A DNA stretch of 64,000 bases from Phoronis australis. Lineage: Eukaryota > Animalia > Phoronida. Of this stretch, positions 12,840 through 23,645 are shown piece after piece. Location of the stretch: NCBI GenBank assembly GCA_002633005.1, contig NMRA01000059.1, positions 361,883-425,882 of the forward strand, given 5' to 3'. A program made the translations under genes and the position numbers. Numbering within the stretch: the first letter of the stretch is position 1; each line of letters opens with the position of its first letter. The notes beneath the pieces were generated by a model. That model had not been told where the DNA came from and did not search any database. It worked only from the letters and a program-made list of their open reading frames with translations.

Positions 12840-15800
12840 CTGTGAAAGCAAGAGAGAGCAGTATAGTAAAAAATAATATCATAGTGCTCAATGACAACAT
12901 ATGTTGATAAGAAAATAATGAATTTATGTACTGCCTCAACCACATACCTCGAATATAAAATAATGTATCAATGTACCGATAGCAGACGTCATACCCAGCA
13001 CAAAAAACAGAACTTACTCATTCTTGAATCCAAAGATTTCCTCTCTTGGAATGAAAATAAATCTTCAACTCTGGTCCCGAGTAGTGCAAATTCTGGGACT
13101 TCATTTGTTAAATGCATCGTGGGAAGGTTGTTCTCTCATTAAGATCCAGTGACTTGTGCACATATAACCTGACTCATTATTTCTGTTTTAGGTGATGAAA
13201 TTTGACTTCACTGTGATCATCTGGTGCGTGTCTTGAGAATCTTTCACACAAAAAACTTGCTGATCTATGCATTTATTTTGGGGCTAGTTTTCAATTGCCT
13301 ATTTTCCTGTGATAGTTGCCTTGTCGTACTTACACCAAGAGAGCGTGTAGCAGCTAGCCGGTATATTGTTTATATGTCAAGCTATCTGTGATGTCACCAG
13401 ACGTTTAAAAGCCAGCAAACCTCCCACAATGCACATGAAAAACATAAGCAGTGCCTTACATCAACTCCACCAAATTGTCTGTTCACATTTCTACACTCAT
13501 GTTTTCATAGTTTGTCTTATTCATTTTGCTGCTCTCTTTTTTGACACTAAATTCCAGCATGTGCGTAATATTTAGGATGATGTTGATTCCACTATAACTC
13601 CCCCCATTCCATTTGTACTCCTAGACATACAAGGAGACCTAGTAGCACCATTTTTACACAAATACCCGGGACCTTCCTTCTGACATAATTCCTGGATTTG
13701 TACAGAAACATTTTAATTCCCACTGAACAAGGACCGATTTACCTCTCACTGACAGAATTTAATAGTAACAATACTGACTTACCTCACAGTTACATAGCCA
13801 TTTAATGATTATTATATTGACTTACCCCGCAGTGGGAGAAGTAACACTGGCACCAGGCTTCTGAAATAATTGAGAATTAATATTATTCCACCGTATCATC
13901 GATGTGAAACCAAATATAACTGACATGTAATAACCCGAAAATTACTTTTAAAACGTGTTTAACAATACTTTGGCAAGAAATCCAGGTTTGACCAAAGCAC
14001 ATTTTGTGTGATGTTCTACAGAAGACGTAAAAACAATGAAAGTCAAACACTTTCATTTTTGTTTTGTGGGTTTCACATAAGTGCATTTATATGTGGGTTA
14101 ATAAAATGTTAAATGTTCTTGGCCATTATTTACCAATTATTTTAAACACATAAAATCCTCTTACTCCAAACTGTTTGTAGTAGATTACTCGGAGGTTCTA
14201 CCCTCATCTAAGGGTCCCTTTCAACCCCTGGGGTAGACACCCACTACAAGCCCATTAACACCATCTGGGAGAAACTGGTTCACCGCAATGATCCCCTCCC
14301 AATGACAACAAGTCAAGCGTGGAGCACCAGCTCTCGGGACCAGAGAACCCCTCCCACACCAACACACAAGAAACTAAACGCTCTCTTGGGACTAGAAGAA
14401 CACTACAAGTTGGACGAACCTACTGGCATTGGTGATCACACCCTCAATACTGTCCATACTCTGGACAGGGACAATGCCCATGTCATAGCCAGAGAGGAAC
14501 ATTGGCTCTCTCGAAAAGTCAAAGAAGCCGTCTTAATCAGGAACAGACAGCCTCCCACGAACCGAGATCAAGGTCTACAGCTCCCCCAGGTATATGACCC
14601 ATTTTTGATCGGTATCAGAAAAGCACGGGTAATCCACCCATTGAAGAAGACCCTTAGATAAAGGGTGGAAATGTTCAAGTTACCAATTTCAACAAAATTT
14701 GTAGTAAGTGAAATGTTTACCTGATGAACATGCGGCTATAATAATTCTATTGCTTTTTAAATAGTTTCCAACAGTCACTTCAGGTCATAGTAATAAAGAA
14801 ACATCTCAAGACTTTTTCCAAAATACTTCAAGACTTTTTCAAAATATCTCAACACATTTTCAAAATATATCAAGATTTTTTCAAAATGTTACAAATAAGG
14901 GATTAACACCAACAAATCTTTGACACACACCATCAGCAAAAAGCGACAAACTGCCATTCCCCACACTCTGTTTAAACAAGTACTGTATGACATGCAAGTC
15001 AGAGTGAACTGCTGTAGAAGGGACATTGCACCTACCACGGCCGGTTTCCATGACAACGTAACAAGGCTCTTGTAAGATGGTGGGTTGTGAAAGAGATCCT
15101 TGATCAATGTGTTGATATTAGACGTGGTCTTGAGGGCGACCACCTTCATCTTGTTCTGACAACAATGTGAAGCAACTTGGGTTAAGTCACATACAAAAAC
15201 AATAGGTTCACTTTAGTTTAGAAACAATGTCAACTGTCAACAAAAGTAAATGAAGTTCACGGCTGCTGTTTGCAACAGTAGAATTTTCACAAAAAAGAAC
15301 ATCCTACTACATATTTGAAATTATTTATATCTAAGATTATTTAGGGCCCACTTTTTGAGTTTTTCTACTCTAAACAAATAACCAAACAATAGATGCTGAA
15401 TAAAACTTTGAAAGAATACAATACTGTTTAATCCTTGTTAACCTTCAAAAAGTTGGGAATGAGTTTGACAACTCCTTACAAAGAATGGCAAACTAGCAAG
15501 GAGACATATTGGAACCAGAGGACCCCTTCTGTGACACAATGAGGTGTTTGGGTGAAAAAGTTGATTTTATCTCTCAGAAGGCAGTACAAACTGTACAAGA
15601 GGACATTGAAGAACTTGATTAGCGTGAAATCAACAAAGTACGATTCAATACAATTCTCATGTTCCATTTTCACGTTTTTTTTTTGAAGAAATCTGTAATG
15701 TTATATTTAAAGATGGCCAGCCTTGATCCCTTACCTCGTCAGTCTTGAGGGCATCGCCCGTCTTCCCCTGCAGTGCCACCCTCAGCTGTTTGATATACAC

Positions 15801-18800
15801 CTGCACACCACGGGCAAAGTACTGTAACCTGAGACACACATGTCACAATGGTAATATACAGAGGTGGCAAGTCAGTGTCAATTCATTTTCAAAATATCTA
15901 TTTGTTGTGTATATTGCATTGTTATTTATATGGTAAGGATATCCATGATAGCAAGTAGCAGCATATATTCAAGAAAACAACAACGGTTTTAAAACTTGAC
16001 ATGTTTCGGTGTCATTTATTAAACACCATCCTCAGAAGTGATAATACAGTGGCCACCTATCTAGGCCCAGCAACAAGTAATGAAGCACAGATACAGTCAG
16101 TTACAGGGAGTGACAATGAACTAGACCAACAATGACAACCTGTGGTGTGTCAGTTACCTATTGAGATTGGGCTTGCACCAACTGATGTGTAAAGCCTCAC
16201 GAATTTTAAGCTCCTTTGTTGTTACTGCCTGGTCTATTACTGCAAAGTCATTGAAAGAGCACTGCTGATTACAATGATTGGAGCTCTGTAGGTGAATATT
16301 TACATGTGAATTTTTGTCAGAATTTAGATGTTCCTTGGTCCTGGTTTTCAAATGGCGAACAGTTTCGCCTGTATAACTGGAGCCACATCCAGCACAGATA
16401 AATTTGTACACTACCTTGGACCGTAGATCCACAGAAATTTTGTGCTTACTTGTTGCTGGGCCTAGCTAGGTGACCACTGTATTATCACTTCTGAGGATGG
16501 TGTTTAATAAATGACACCGAAACATGTCAAGTTTTAAAACCGTTGTTGTTTTCTTGAATGGTAAGGATATGTTATGAACATTGCATTGTTATTTATATGG
16601 TAAGAACATGTTGCTGGCGCCACATAACTCCAGCAACATTCACCAATAACATGATTTGTGGATGACTAAATGTATTAACTGAGAAAACAAAAGTGTTATA
16701 CAAGGCAGAATCTGCCCTTCACCACCATGTCCAGTGTTTACACAAGTAAATTTAAATGCTACATAGTCGATACTTCCACAAATATTAAGATTGAGTGACA
16801 ACTACTTTGAATACATGGAAAGTAAAAAGGCTTCGCAGTTGACGCAATATCAGGGAATTGGGTTATTTGTTTAAGGTAATTGTTGACTTCAAATATTTTC
16901 TGAAAGTAGGATGAATAGAAAATCTAAATTCAATGCCTAGAAACACTGAACAAAGACTTATAATCTAGTGACCGCCACTTTTTGTAAATTAAAAAATTGT
17001 AATTTTTTTATTTAAACACAAATTTCTAGAGCAACTTAACTGTGAGTGGCAATTATAATTGAACTAAGTATTCAGTTTTAAAACAATGTCCTAAGTTTTC
17101 ATTTTTGACAGCCAATGTCTCCGATGTTTGAAGAAAATCTCGTGAAATGGTTCACTGGGGCAGAGGCCAAAAACTTAATGCAAAGCAATGCACCCACATG
17201 CTCAAAACTGCGACACAAGGCCTAAAATAACTGATAAAGATTTGCCACACAGTTCAAATAATATTAAAGTGGTCTCACTTTTCACACAAGACAAATACCT
17301 CAGTCTGAAGTCCTTCAATCGTTCTACATTCTCTTCACCACTCAGGAAGTCATCACATTTCCTAGACAGCTGGTGGAAGGCGTACATGAGACACTCGACG
17401 TAGGAGAACTGTAGCTTGGGATCGTCAGTTGATGAGTTCTCCGAGTCATCCTCTGCAGGTGGTAGAGGCATGTACTCCTGGAAAGAAAGGGGCGAGGGTA
17501 TCAGTAAACAAAGCTAATGGTGCTAATAGCGTTACTGCTGCGCCCACTACTGCTGATAACACCAGGCTCCTTTACAGAACAGAAATGGTGAATATTTTCC
17601 CACAATTCAACACTCTGGGCTCTTTGTCAATGCATGGGAGCTATTTGATATTTTTCAATTGCAAAATATAAAAATTCTATACATCTGTTACATGTGGTAA
17701 GTCCAGTGTGCGGAACCAGTTTACAATAAATTGTTGCCCAGTATAACTGAATGTACGAATTTGCACCATTTGTGACAGAATTACGAAAATTTACATAAAT
17801 ATTCATGGAAGCTGAGTCATAGCATCTCCTTTAAAAACCTGTTAATAGTAAGACGTTAGTGCACCCACCAGTAATTTCTCATAGATCTTCTCTACTCTAC
17901 TCTCCAGCTTATCCAAGTCAGGGCAGTGTGAAGACATCTCGGCCAGTAGTTTCAACATATCCAACTGGGTGTCGCCACCATCGTCTGCACTGTGAATACT
18001 GGTGAACACAGGCAAGACGTTGTCGCATAAGTAGGCTACGAACACCGTGGAATGAACGTTCTTCTACAAAGGTAGCAATGGAAGTTATACTTAGATGTAT
18101 AATAACCAGTTGACACTGTTTCACTAGCCACCTATTGCCGACACTAGACAACTGTAGCAAGAGTAATTTTATAAAATTACATATAAACGGCCAGAAATAT
18201 CTGCATTCAGCTAATCAAAAATACTCCTGTGATGATAAACTCTACATCCACTCAGACCACAGAACTTTATTTACTGACACCACCAAATGGCTATTGAGTC
18301 AGCCACAGAACAGCAAAATTCTAAGTGTTAATAGAAATGTTTACTTACCGAGAAGAACGGTAGCGCTTGTTTGATGCACTGCATTAGCCTGTCAACATTA
18401 TCGGGATCAGATGCCTGCAAAACATTGGCAATATTCACCCAGCCATTAACCTTGTGCATAGAGCAACACAAAGCATGTGAGCAACATCGAAGCACACAGG
18501 CGCGCGCATTATTTCATGTGTGTAACATAGAAGCACAGGCGTGCGCATTATTTCATGTGTGTTACATAGGAGCACAGGCGTGCGCATTATTTGTGCAACA
18601 CAGAAGCACACAGGGGCGCTCATTATTTCATGTGTGTAACATAGAAGCACACAGGCGCGCTCATTATTTCTATCATTCCTACAAGAGGAAGCAACATTTA
18701 AAAGAGGCGAATTGGCGATATGCACACAGCTTGTACATTACAGCTCAACACAAAGATATTACTAAATGTTGATACGCACCCACTTTGTACATTAGAACTC

Positions 18801-21800
18801 AACACAAAGATCCTCAATGGAAACACATATGGCAAGTTTAATAACGTTTCATGAAAGAATTTGGTAGATATTGAGGCCAGCCGCAACGAAAACTAAAATT
18901 CCCAAAAGGCAGCGATAGAGAAGTCAGACCCAACCAAAAATCAACACCATAAGCAATCCATCAAGGAGCCTGACAGATATTGAGTCAGGCACAAAAACCA
19001 CACCAAAGTGATTGGAACTGTCTGAAAATCAACGGCAGTAGTGCTCTCCTCAACAGGAACACACAATAATACTAAATTTCATAAAGACCCATCCAAAAAC
19101 GAAGTAGATAATCTGGCAGGCGCAAAGAAAACTAAAATGCCACTAGGTGGCGCCACAATAGATATAATCCAAAATTCAATGCTGGCCAGGCACACGTTAA
19201 CACGAACAAATCAGCTTGATGATTTGGCCATACACTAATTCCTAAAACCATTTAGTAACAAGCACGTCTCTTTTCATTCATCTTTCCTGTTATAACAATC
19301 ATATGGAATAGCATCCAATTACCAGCCTGAGGTTAAATACTGCTAACAAAGACCAATCATTGACCGAGATCCCACTGAAGCCCCACTAATTGACCACACC
19401 CACAGTCACTCACCTCAAACAACAATGACAAACCAGTGACTGAGATCCCTGTGAAGCCACATCCTCTTACCACGCCCCCAGTCACTCACCTCAAACAACA
19501 ATGACAAACCAGTGACTGAGATCCCTGTGAAGCCACATCCTCTTACCACGCCCCCAGTCACTCACCTCAAACTCCCGGTCTAAGTCGGCCTGCTCCGCTA
19601 CAATACTGACAAGCTGTTGTCGACCCTGCACCGTCTGCATAGCGCCCAGGCCAGACAGGATCTTCATGAATGAGACAAACTCATCTCCAGTCACGTCAGC
19701 TAAAGTCTAGGAAAAAGGACAACAGGTAGAGAAGTCGATGAGGCTGAGAGATAAACAGGTCATAAATAAATAGGTCGCTACCACTTTTATCAAACCCATT
19801 GTGAGTTACCCACAAGATTTTGTTTTTGATCTTTTCATACAGCCACAGTCAATTTTTATAAAACTTGATGCAAAAGTCAATTAGCGTTTGGAGAAGAGTG
19901 TACAAATAACATCTTCAATACACCTTTAACACAATCTCATTACAGTAAAAATTGTTGTTTTGGATAGTCCCTAAAATACGAGACAACAAAATTTTAGCCA
20001 CAATTGAATTTCCTTGACTGGGACATGAGTGATTTTGAGTGGTCATTGTACAGCGGTGTGTATCAAGATCATCAGCAAATAAACTTGGAAGTAAAGCCAC
20101 AGAAAATAGCTGCCGACACAATGTTTTCATGCACTTGCATAGATAAGTGTAAAACATCAAGGTGAGTACCTAGTTGTTGTTGATCTTTTTTGAATTTGGG
20201 ATGGGCAATATTGCCTACTTCATAAATTTTGTACAAGCTATGACACTGTGCAAAATAATTAATTTTTCAATGTGCCAAACCAAACAATCTGATGTAATCC
20301 AAATCTCCACACTTTTCTAGAGTTACTAAAACACTAAAGCACTTTGTATATGTCAGGTCTTATCCTCTGACGAAGGTCAGGACCTACCTTTTTGATTTCA
20401 CCAATGAACGTCTCCTCTACAGCTGCACTCCACGTCAGACTGGGAATGGCAGGCACCAACTTGCCACTGAGGAACTTGATAGCTCGTTCGCGCACTATCT
20501 CTTCTTCACTGCCAGTGATCTGCGAGAAAACGCCGTGTAGCGCACCTGAAAAGGGATGAACAAGTTGGCTGGCTACAGAATGACAGTGGTGACAACAATA
20601 TACAGACTGTCTAATCTCATGAACCGTTAAGTTGTCACAAATACAATTCTCCCCTCTCTGACAGGGAGGCAACAGTTTGTAGTGGAATAGGTTCTACAGT
20701 TATGGTTCATGAGGTAAGAAAGATGTACAAAATTGTAGTGAGTGAGAAAAAAACTACAACTCCTCAGAAAGGAATTGGATTCACAACAAAAGAAGACTGT
20801 TGGTGGTGAAGGTGGTTCATGAGAGTGGAAGACTCTATGTCCTGATGAAGACACAAAGAGAGAGAAACTGCTGCTGATGAAAATATCAATCACAACAAAA
20901 AACAGACAAGCTTGGCAATCACAAAACTTAGAATGTTCAATAAATCAAAAGGGCGGCCTTACAACAGAACAATGTTCTATAAGAAAGAGTACAGCTATAA
21001 CTGTACCTGCAAGACATGTTTGGTTCACTGTTCAATCAATTGTATAAGAGGAAATTAGCTGAAACTCTGACTTTTTCAGAGTTAAGCTGTTACGGTACCA
21101 TAGAAATGCACAGAAACATTCCGACTAAGCTTAAAGTTGAGCACGGAGGTGTCCATGGCATGGTGTTAATCACAACAGAGACTGTCAATCAGAACAGGCG
21201 GCCAATCAGAACAAAGAAGGCGGTGACTACCAGGATTCGATTGAGAGCTTTACACAAATATCGTATCGCTATCCACTTACCTGTAGCATCAGTTTTGAAC
21301 AGATTGATGAGTGATGTCTGCACCAGACTGATCTCCATGGCGTCCTCACTCTGTAGAAGTTGTGTAAGAACATCGGCCAACCGGGGAATGTTCTCTGGAT
21401 TCTCTTTACACAGTGAAGGGATATCTTTGATGGCCTGCTTACGAATCTAAAGACACGTGTCAAAACACCGAGTTAACATCCAACAACACAGCTGATGATA
21501 CTAGTCCATTATGTTAACCCTGTAAGTTTGCTCTCTGATCTCCTATCTATCCTACAACACAGCTGATGATACTTGTACATTATGTTAACCCCGTAAGTTT
21601 GCTCTCTGATCTCTTACTAATCCTACAACACAGCTGATGATACTAGTTCATTATGTTAACCCTGTTAGTTTGCTCTCTGATCTCCTATCTATCCTACAAC
21701 ACAGCTGATGATACTAGTTCATTATGTTAGCCCTGTAAGTTTGCTCTCTGATCTCTTACTAGTCCTACAACACAGCTGATGATACTAGTTCATTATGTTA

Positions 21801-23267
21801 ACCCTGTAAGCTTGCTCTCTGATCTCTTACTAATCCTACAACACAGCTGCGATAGTAGCTCATTAGAACAGTGAAATCAAGCAGAATGCCTGTGATGTCA
21901 CTACTTTAGCAAGGTCTCTACTGACACTTACAGCTACGTCTTCATCTTCACACAAGTCCAGCTGAGCATCAATAGCTTGTTCTGCCAAGTTTGGGAAATA
22001 CTTGAAGAATCGGGCGATGAATTGTGAAGCTAGTCTCTTTTCATTTGGTCCACTCTTGACGCCCTGAAGGATCGCTCGATATTCCTTTTCATGCTGTAAC
22101 ACAAATGTAACATAAAGGTTTTATCAGCTAAAATATGATCACCTCGACACGCAATGTTGAAAATTTTTCACCACGTTTGAAAACCCAGCTTGTTTTCAAC
22201 TTTACAGGGTTTGAAATTACACGGAAAGGCAGTGGTTGCAAAACACACTATATATAGAATATATGATGAAAATGGGAACGGTCAGAGGCTGAGGACGCCT
22301 GTGCCTTTAAGTAGAAATAAGCTTGGACCATAGGCATCCTCAGCTTCTGATCGTCCCCAATACACTCAATATAATACAAGGTATGACACTCCGGACTAGA
22401 AATTCCAACATTGCTTCACTTCAGCCGTCCATAACAAACATAAAACTCAATAAATTTACACAAAACAGAGGTTCAACAATGAGGAATTATCGATGCCGTG
22501 ACTTCCGTGATGAATCGGCAATTGCTGTTCATCCTGTTCGTATTACTGCAGGTTCACTAGCTAGGCCTCTAGAAGTAATCACCAGTTAAAACACAGCTAA
22601 TCAAGCTTCAGTAAAACTCAATCCAGGTGCCCATCCCTGACATCCTGATTGCTTGCTGAAAGACTGCCAGCAGGGTTCCCGACAGCAGTTTACATAAAAG
22701 AAGCATCCGGGGAAGCATAACACTGACAAATCACAAGACACCACAGAAAGATAAAGGACGAATGATGTTGATGATTACAACAATCCGTAACTCATCGGAT
22801 AATTCCGTACCCTTCGCATGGGAGCAGAGAGTTGCTCCGGACGAGCTTTTTGGGAAGATTTTTGTGCTTTGACCGCGAATTTCTTGCGAAATCGGTAGAG
22901 CAGGACACTGTAAATGTTAATGCCATTGGCATTGGGAATCCGAGAAAGAACAATTCCTCACGTGGTTTGTTGAACCTCTGTTTTGTGTAAATTTATTGAG
23001 TTTTGTGTTTGCTATGGACGGCTGAAGTGAAGCACCCGTGGAATTTCTAGTCCGGAGTGTCATACCTTGTATTACATTGGGGACGATCAGTCAGAAGCTG
23101 AGGACGCCTGTACGGCTGTAGTGTAGACTGTAGTGTACCACAGGCTCTGTCTTGGACAAGCCGCACAGGCAATACCGGCTGACGAGAAAAATTCTTACCT
23201 CTCCTGCCTTGTCTTTTGCATCTGCTAGAACTCCAAAGTCTCTGTAAAGCTGCTCGACTGTCACCAT
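12626..23267 (-). CDS. API5: Apoptosis inhibitor 5; 12 coding exons, 1599 nt, 532 aa
   Basis: join(23267-23199,22093-21932,21446-21281,20545-20388,19706-19566,18414-18349,18063-17869,17477-17299,15828-15735,15155-15036,13860-13826,12839-12626). All introns are GT-AG and phase-consistent. Peptides such as QLDLCEDED, VRERAIKFL, KLQFSYVEC, LQYFARG, DLFHNPPSYKS, IYHPPSGKFS and the RG-rich tail are characteristic of API5. Confidence 0.97.
13826..13860 (-). CDS. API5: API5 exon 11 (35-nt microexon)
   Basis: tatttcag|KPGASVTSPTAG|gtaagt. It bridges the phase 0 end of exon 10 to the phase 2 start of exon 12 and gives GQKR as in other API5 proteins. Confidence 0.85.
14190..14720 (+). mobile_element. 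Penelope-like element 3' fragment (GIY-YIG C-terminus, decayed hammerhead, short inverted pLTR copy)
   Basis: ORF 14302..14661 contains GIGDH..NTVH.LDRDNAHVIAREEHWLSRKVKEAVLI..PPTNRDQG. ttgaagaagacccttagataaagggtggaaa lies at 14641-14671 with an inverted copy near 14200-14225. Confidence 0.85.
15036..15155 (-). CDS. API5: API5 exon 10
   Basis: NKMKVVALK...LSWKPAV, 120 nt, donor gtaggt. Confidence 0.9.
15735..15828 (-). CDS. API5: API5 exon 9
   Basis: LQYFARGVQVYIKQL...LKTDE, 94 nt. Confidence 0.95.
15994..16039 (-). ncRNA. Minimal type I hammerhead ribozyme (PLE pLTR), sense to API5 pre-mRNA
   Basis: actt-CUGAGGA-u-ggugu..acacc-GAAA-CAUGUC-aagu: intact core, helix II, palindromic helix III and GUC cleavage triplet. 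Confidence 0.85.
16487..16532 (+). ncRNA. Minimal type I hammerhead ribozyme (inverted pLTR copy)
   Basis: acttCTGAGGAtggtgtttaataaatgacaccGAAAcatgtcaagt. Confidence 0.85.
17299..17477 (-). CDS. API5: API5 exon 8
   Basis: EYMPLPP...LKDFRLR, 179 nt. Confidence 0.95.
17869..18063 (-). CDS. API5: API5 exon 7
   Basis: KNVHSTVFVAYLC...IYEKLL, 195 nt. Confidence 0.95.
18349..18414 (-). CDS. API5: API5 exon 6
   Basis: ASDPDNVDRLMQCIKQALPFFS, 66 nt. Confidence 0.95.
18470..18670. repeat. Degenerate minisatellite of about 40 bp
   Basis: agaagcacaggcgtgcgcattatttcatgtgtgtaacat repeated about 5 times. Confidence 0.9.
18845..19235 (-). mobile_element. Internal fragment related to the Helentron-type repeat at 37217-40532
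   Basis: Shares aaatttcataaaga.cc, aaaactaaaat and gccactaggtggcgcc blocks. Confidence 0.55.
19402..19572. repeat. 76-bp tandem duplication including the API5 exon 5 donor
   Basis: cagtcactcacctcaaac occurs three times at a 76-bp period. Confidence 0.95.
19566..19706 (-). CDS. API5: API5 exon 5
   Basis: TLADVTGDEF...DLDREFE, 141 nt. Confidence 0.95.
20388..20545 (-). CDS. API5: API5 exon 4
   Basis: GALHGVFSQI...GEIKK, 158 nt. Confidence 0.95.
21281..21446 (-). CDS. API5: API5 exon 3
   Basis: IRKQAIKDIP...LFKTDAT, 166 nt. Confidence 0.95.
21484..21850. repeat. 71-bp minisatellite, about 5 copies
   Basis: Unit caacacagctgatgatactagttcattatgttaaccctgtaagtttgctctctgatctcttactaatccta. Confidence 0.95.
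21932..22093 (-). CDS. API5: API5 exon 2
   Basis: HEKEYRAILQG...CEDEDVA, 162 nt. Confidence 0.95.
22331..23110. mobile_element. MITE with terminal inverted repeats of about 155 bp in API5 intron 1
   Basis: 22331-22488 is the reverse complement of 22952-23110 with small indels (aggcatcctcagcttctga ... tcagaagctgaggacgcctg). Confidence 0.85.
23199..23267 (-). CDS. API5: API5 exon 1
   Basis: MVTVEQLYRDFGVLADAKDKAGE, donor gtaaga. Confidence 0.95.
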
Positions 23268-23474
23268 ATTTAAAAGACAAAAAATTTTGTCACTTTTTAC
23301 AATTGAAAGTAGATAAATCGACGCCGAAATCCCGAACACATGAAAAGCTGCGCAACTACGTTCAGTAATTGTTTCCGTTTGCGCACATACCTATCGCGAC
23401 CTCTTTCGCCTGGCATTGTGAAATGTACCGTTAACTCAATGGTTTGGTGTTAGTCAATTCAGTACGTAAACAAG

Positions 23475-23645
23475 TAAAATGTTTATTTTACATTGGTACA
23501 GGAAAATGCAAAACAAGAAAAAACATTGGTACAGGAAAATGCAAAACAAGAAAAAAAATGCTTATTTTACATTGGTACAGGAAAATGCAAAACAAGAAAA
23601 AATATTGGTACAGGAAAATGCAAAACAAGAAAAAAAAAAACATTA
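23475..23645. repeat. Tandem repeat of about 33 bp x4 upstream of API5
   Basis: acattggtacaggaaaatgcaaaacaagaaaaa. Confidence 0.9.

Larger units (their letters stand above)
15943..16559 (-). mobile_element. Penelope-like element, 5'-truncated, with inverted pLTR copy and apparent target duplication
   Basis: ORF 16154..16432 VVYKFICAGCGSSYTGETVRHLKTRTKEH...LKIREALHI...PNLN is a GIY-YIG domain. Inverted repeat of about 115 bp at 15967-16080 versus 16446-16559. atggtaaggatat flanks both sides (15930-15942, 16558-16570). Confidence 0.92.

Noticed and set aside
21484-21850. TGATGA...CTGA in each 71-bp unit as C/D snoRNAs, or CTGATGA as hammerheads
   Set aside because: Antisense to the host gene, too short, no terminal stem, and no GAAA or helix II
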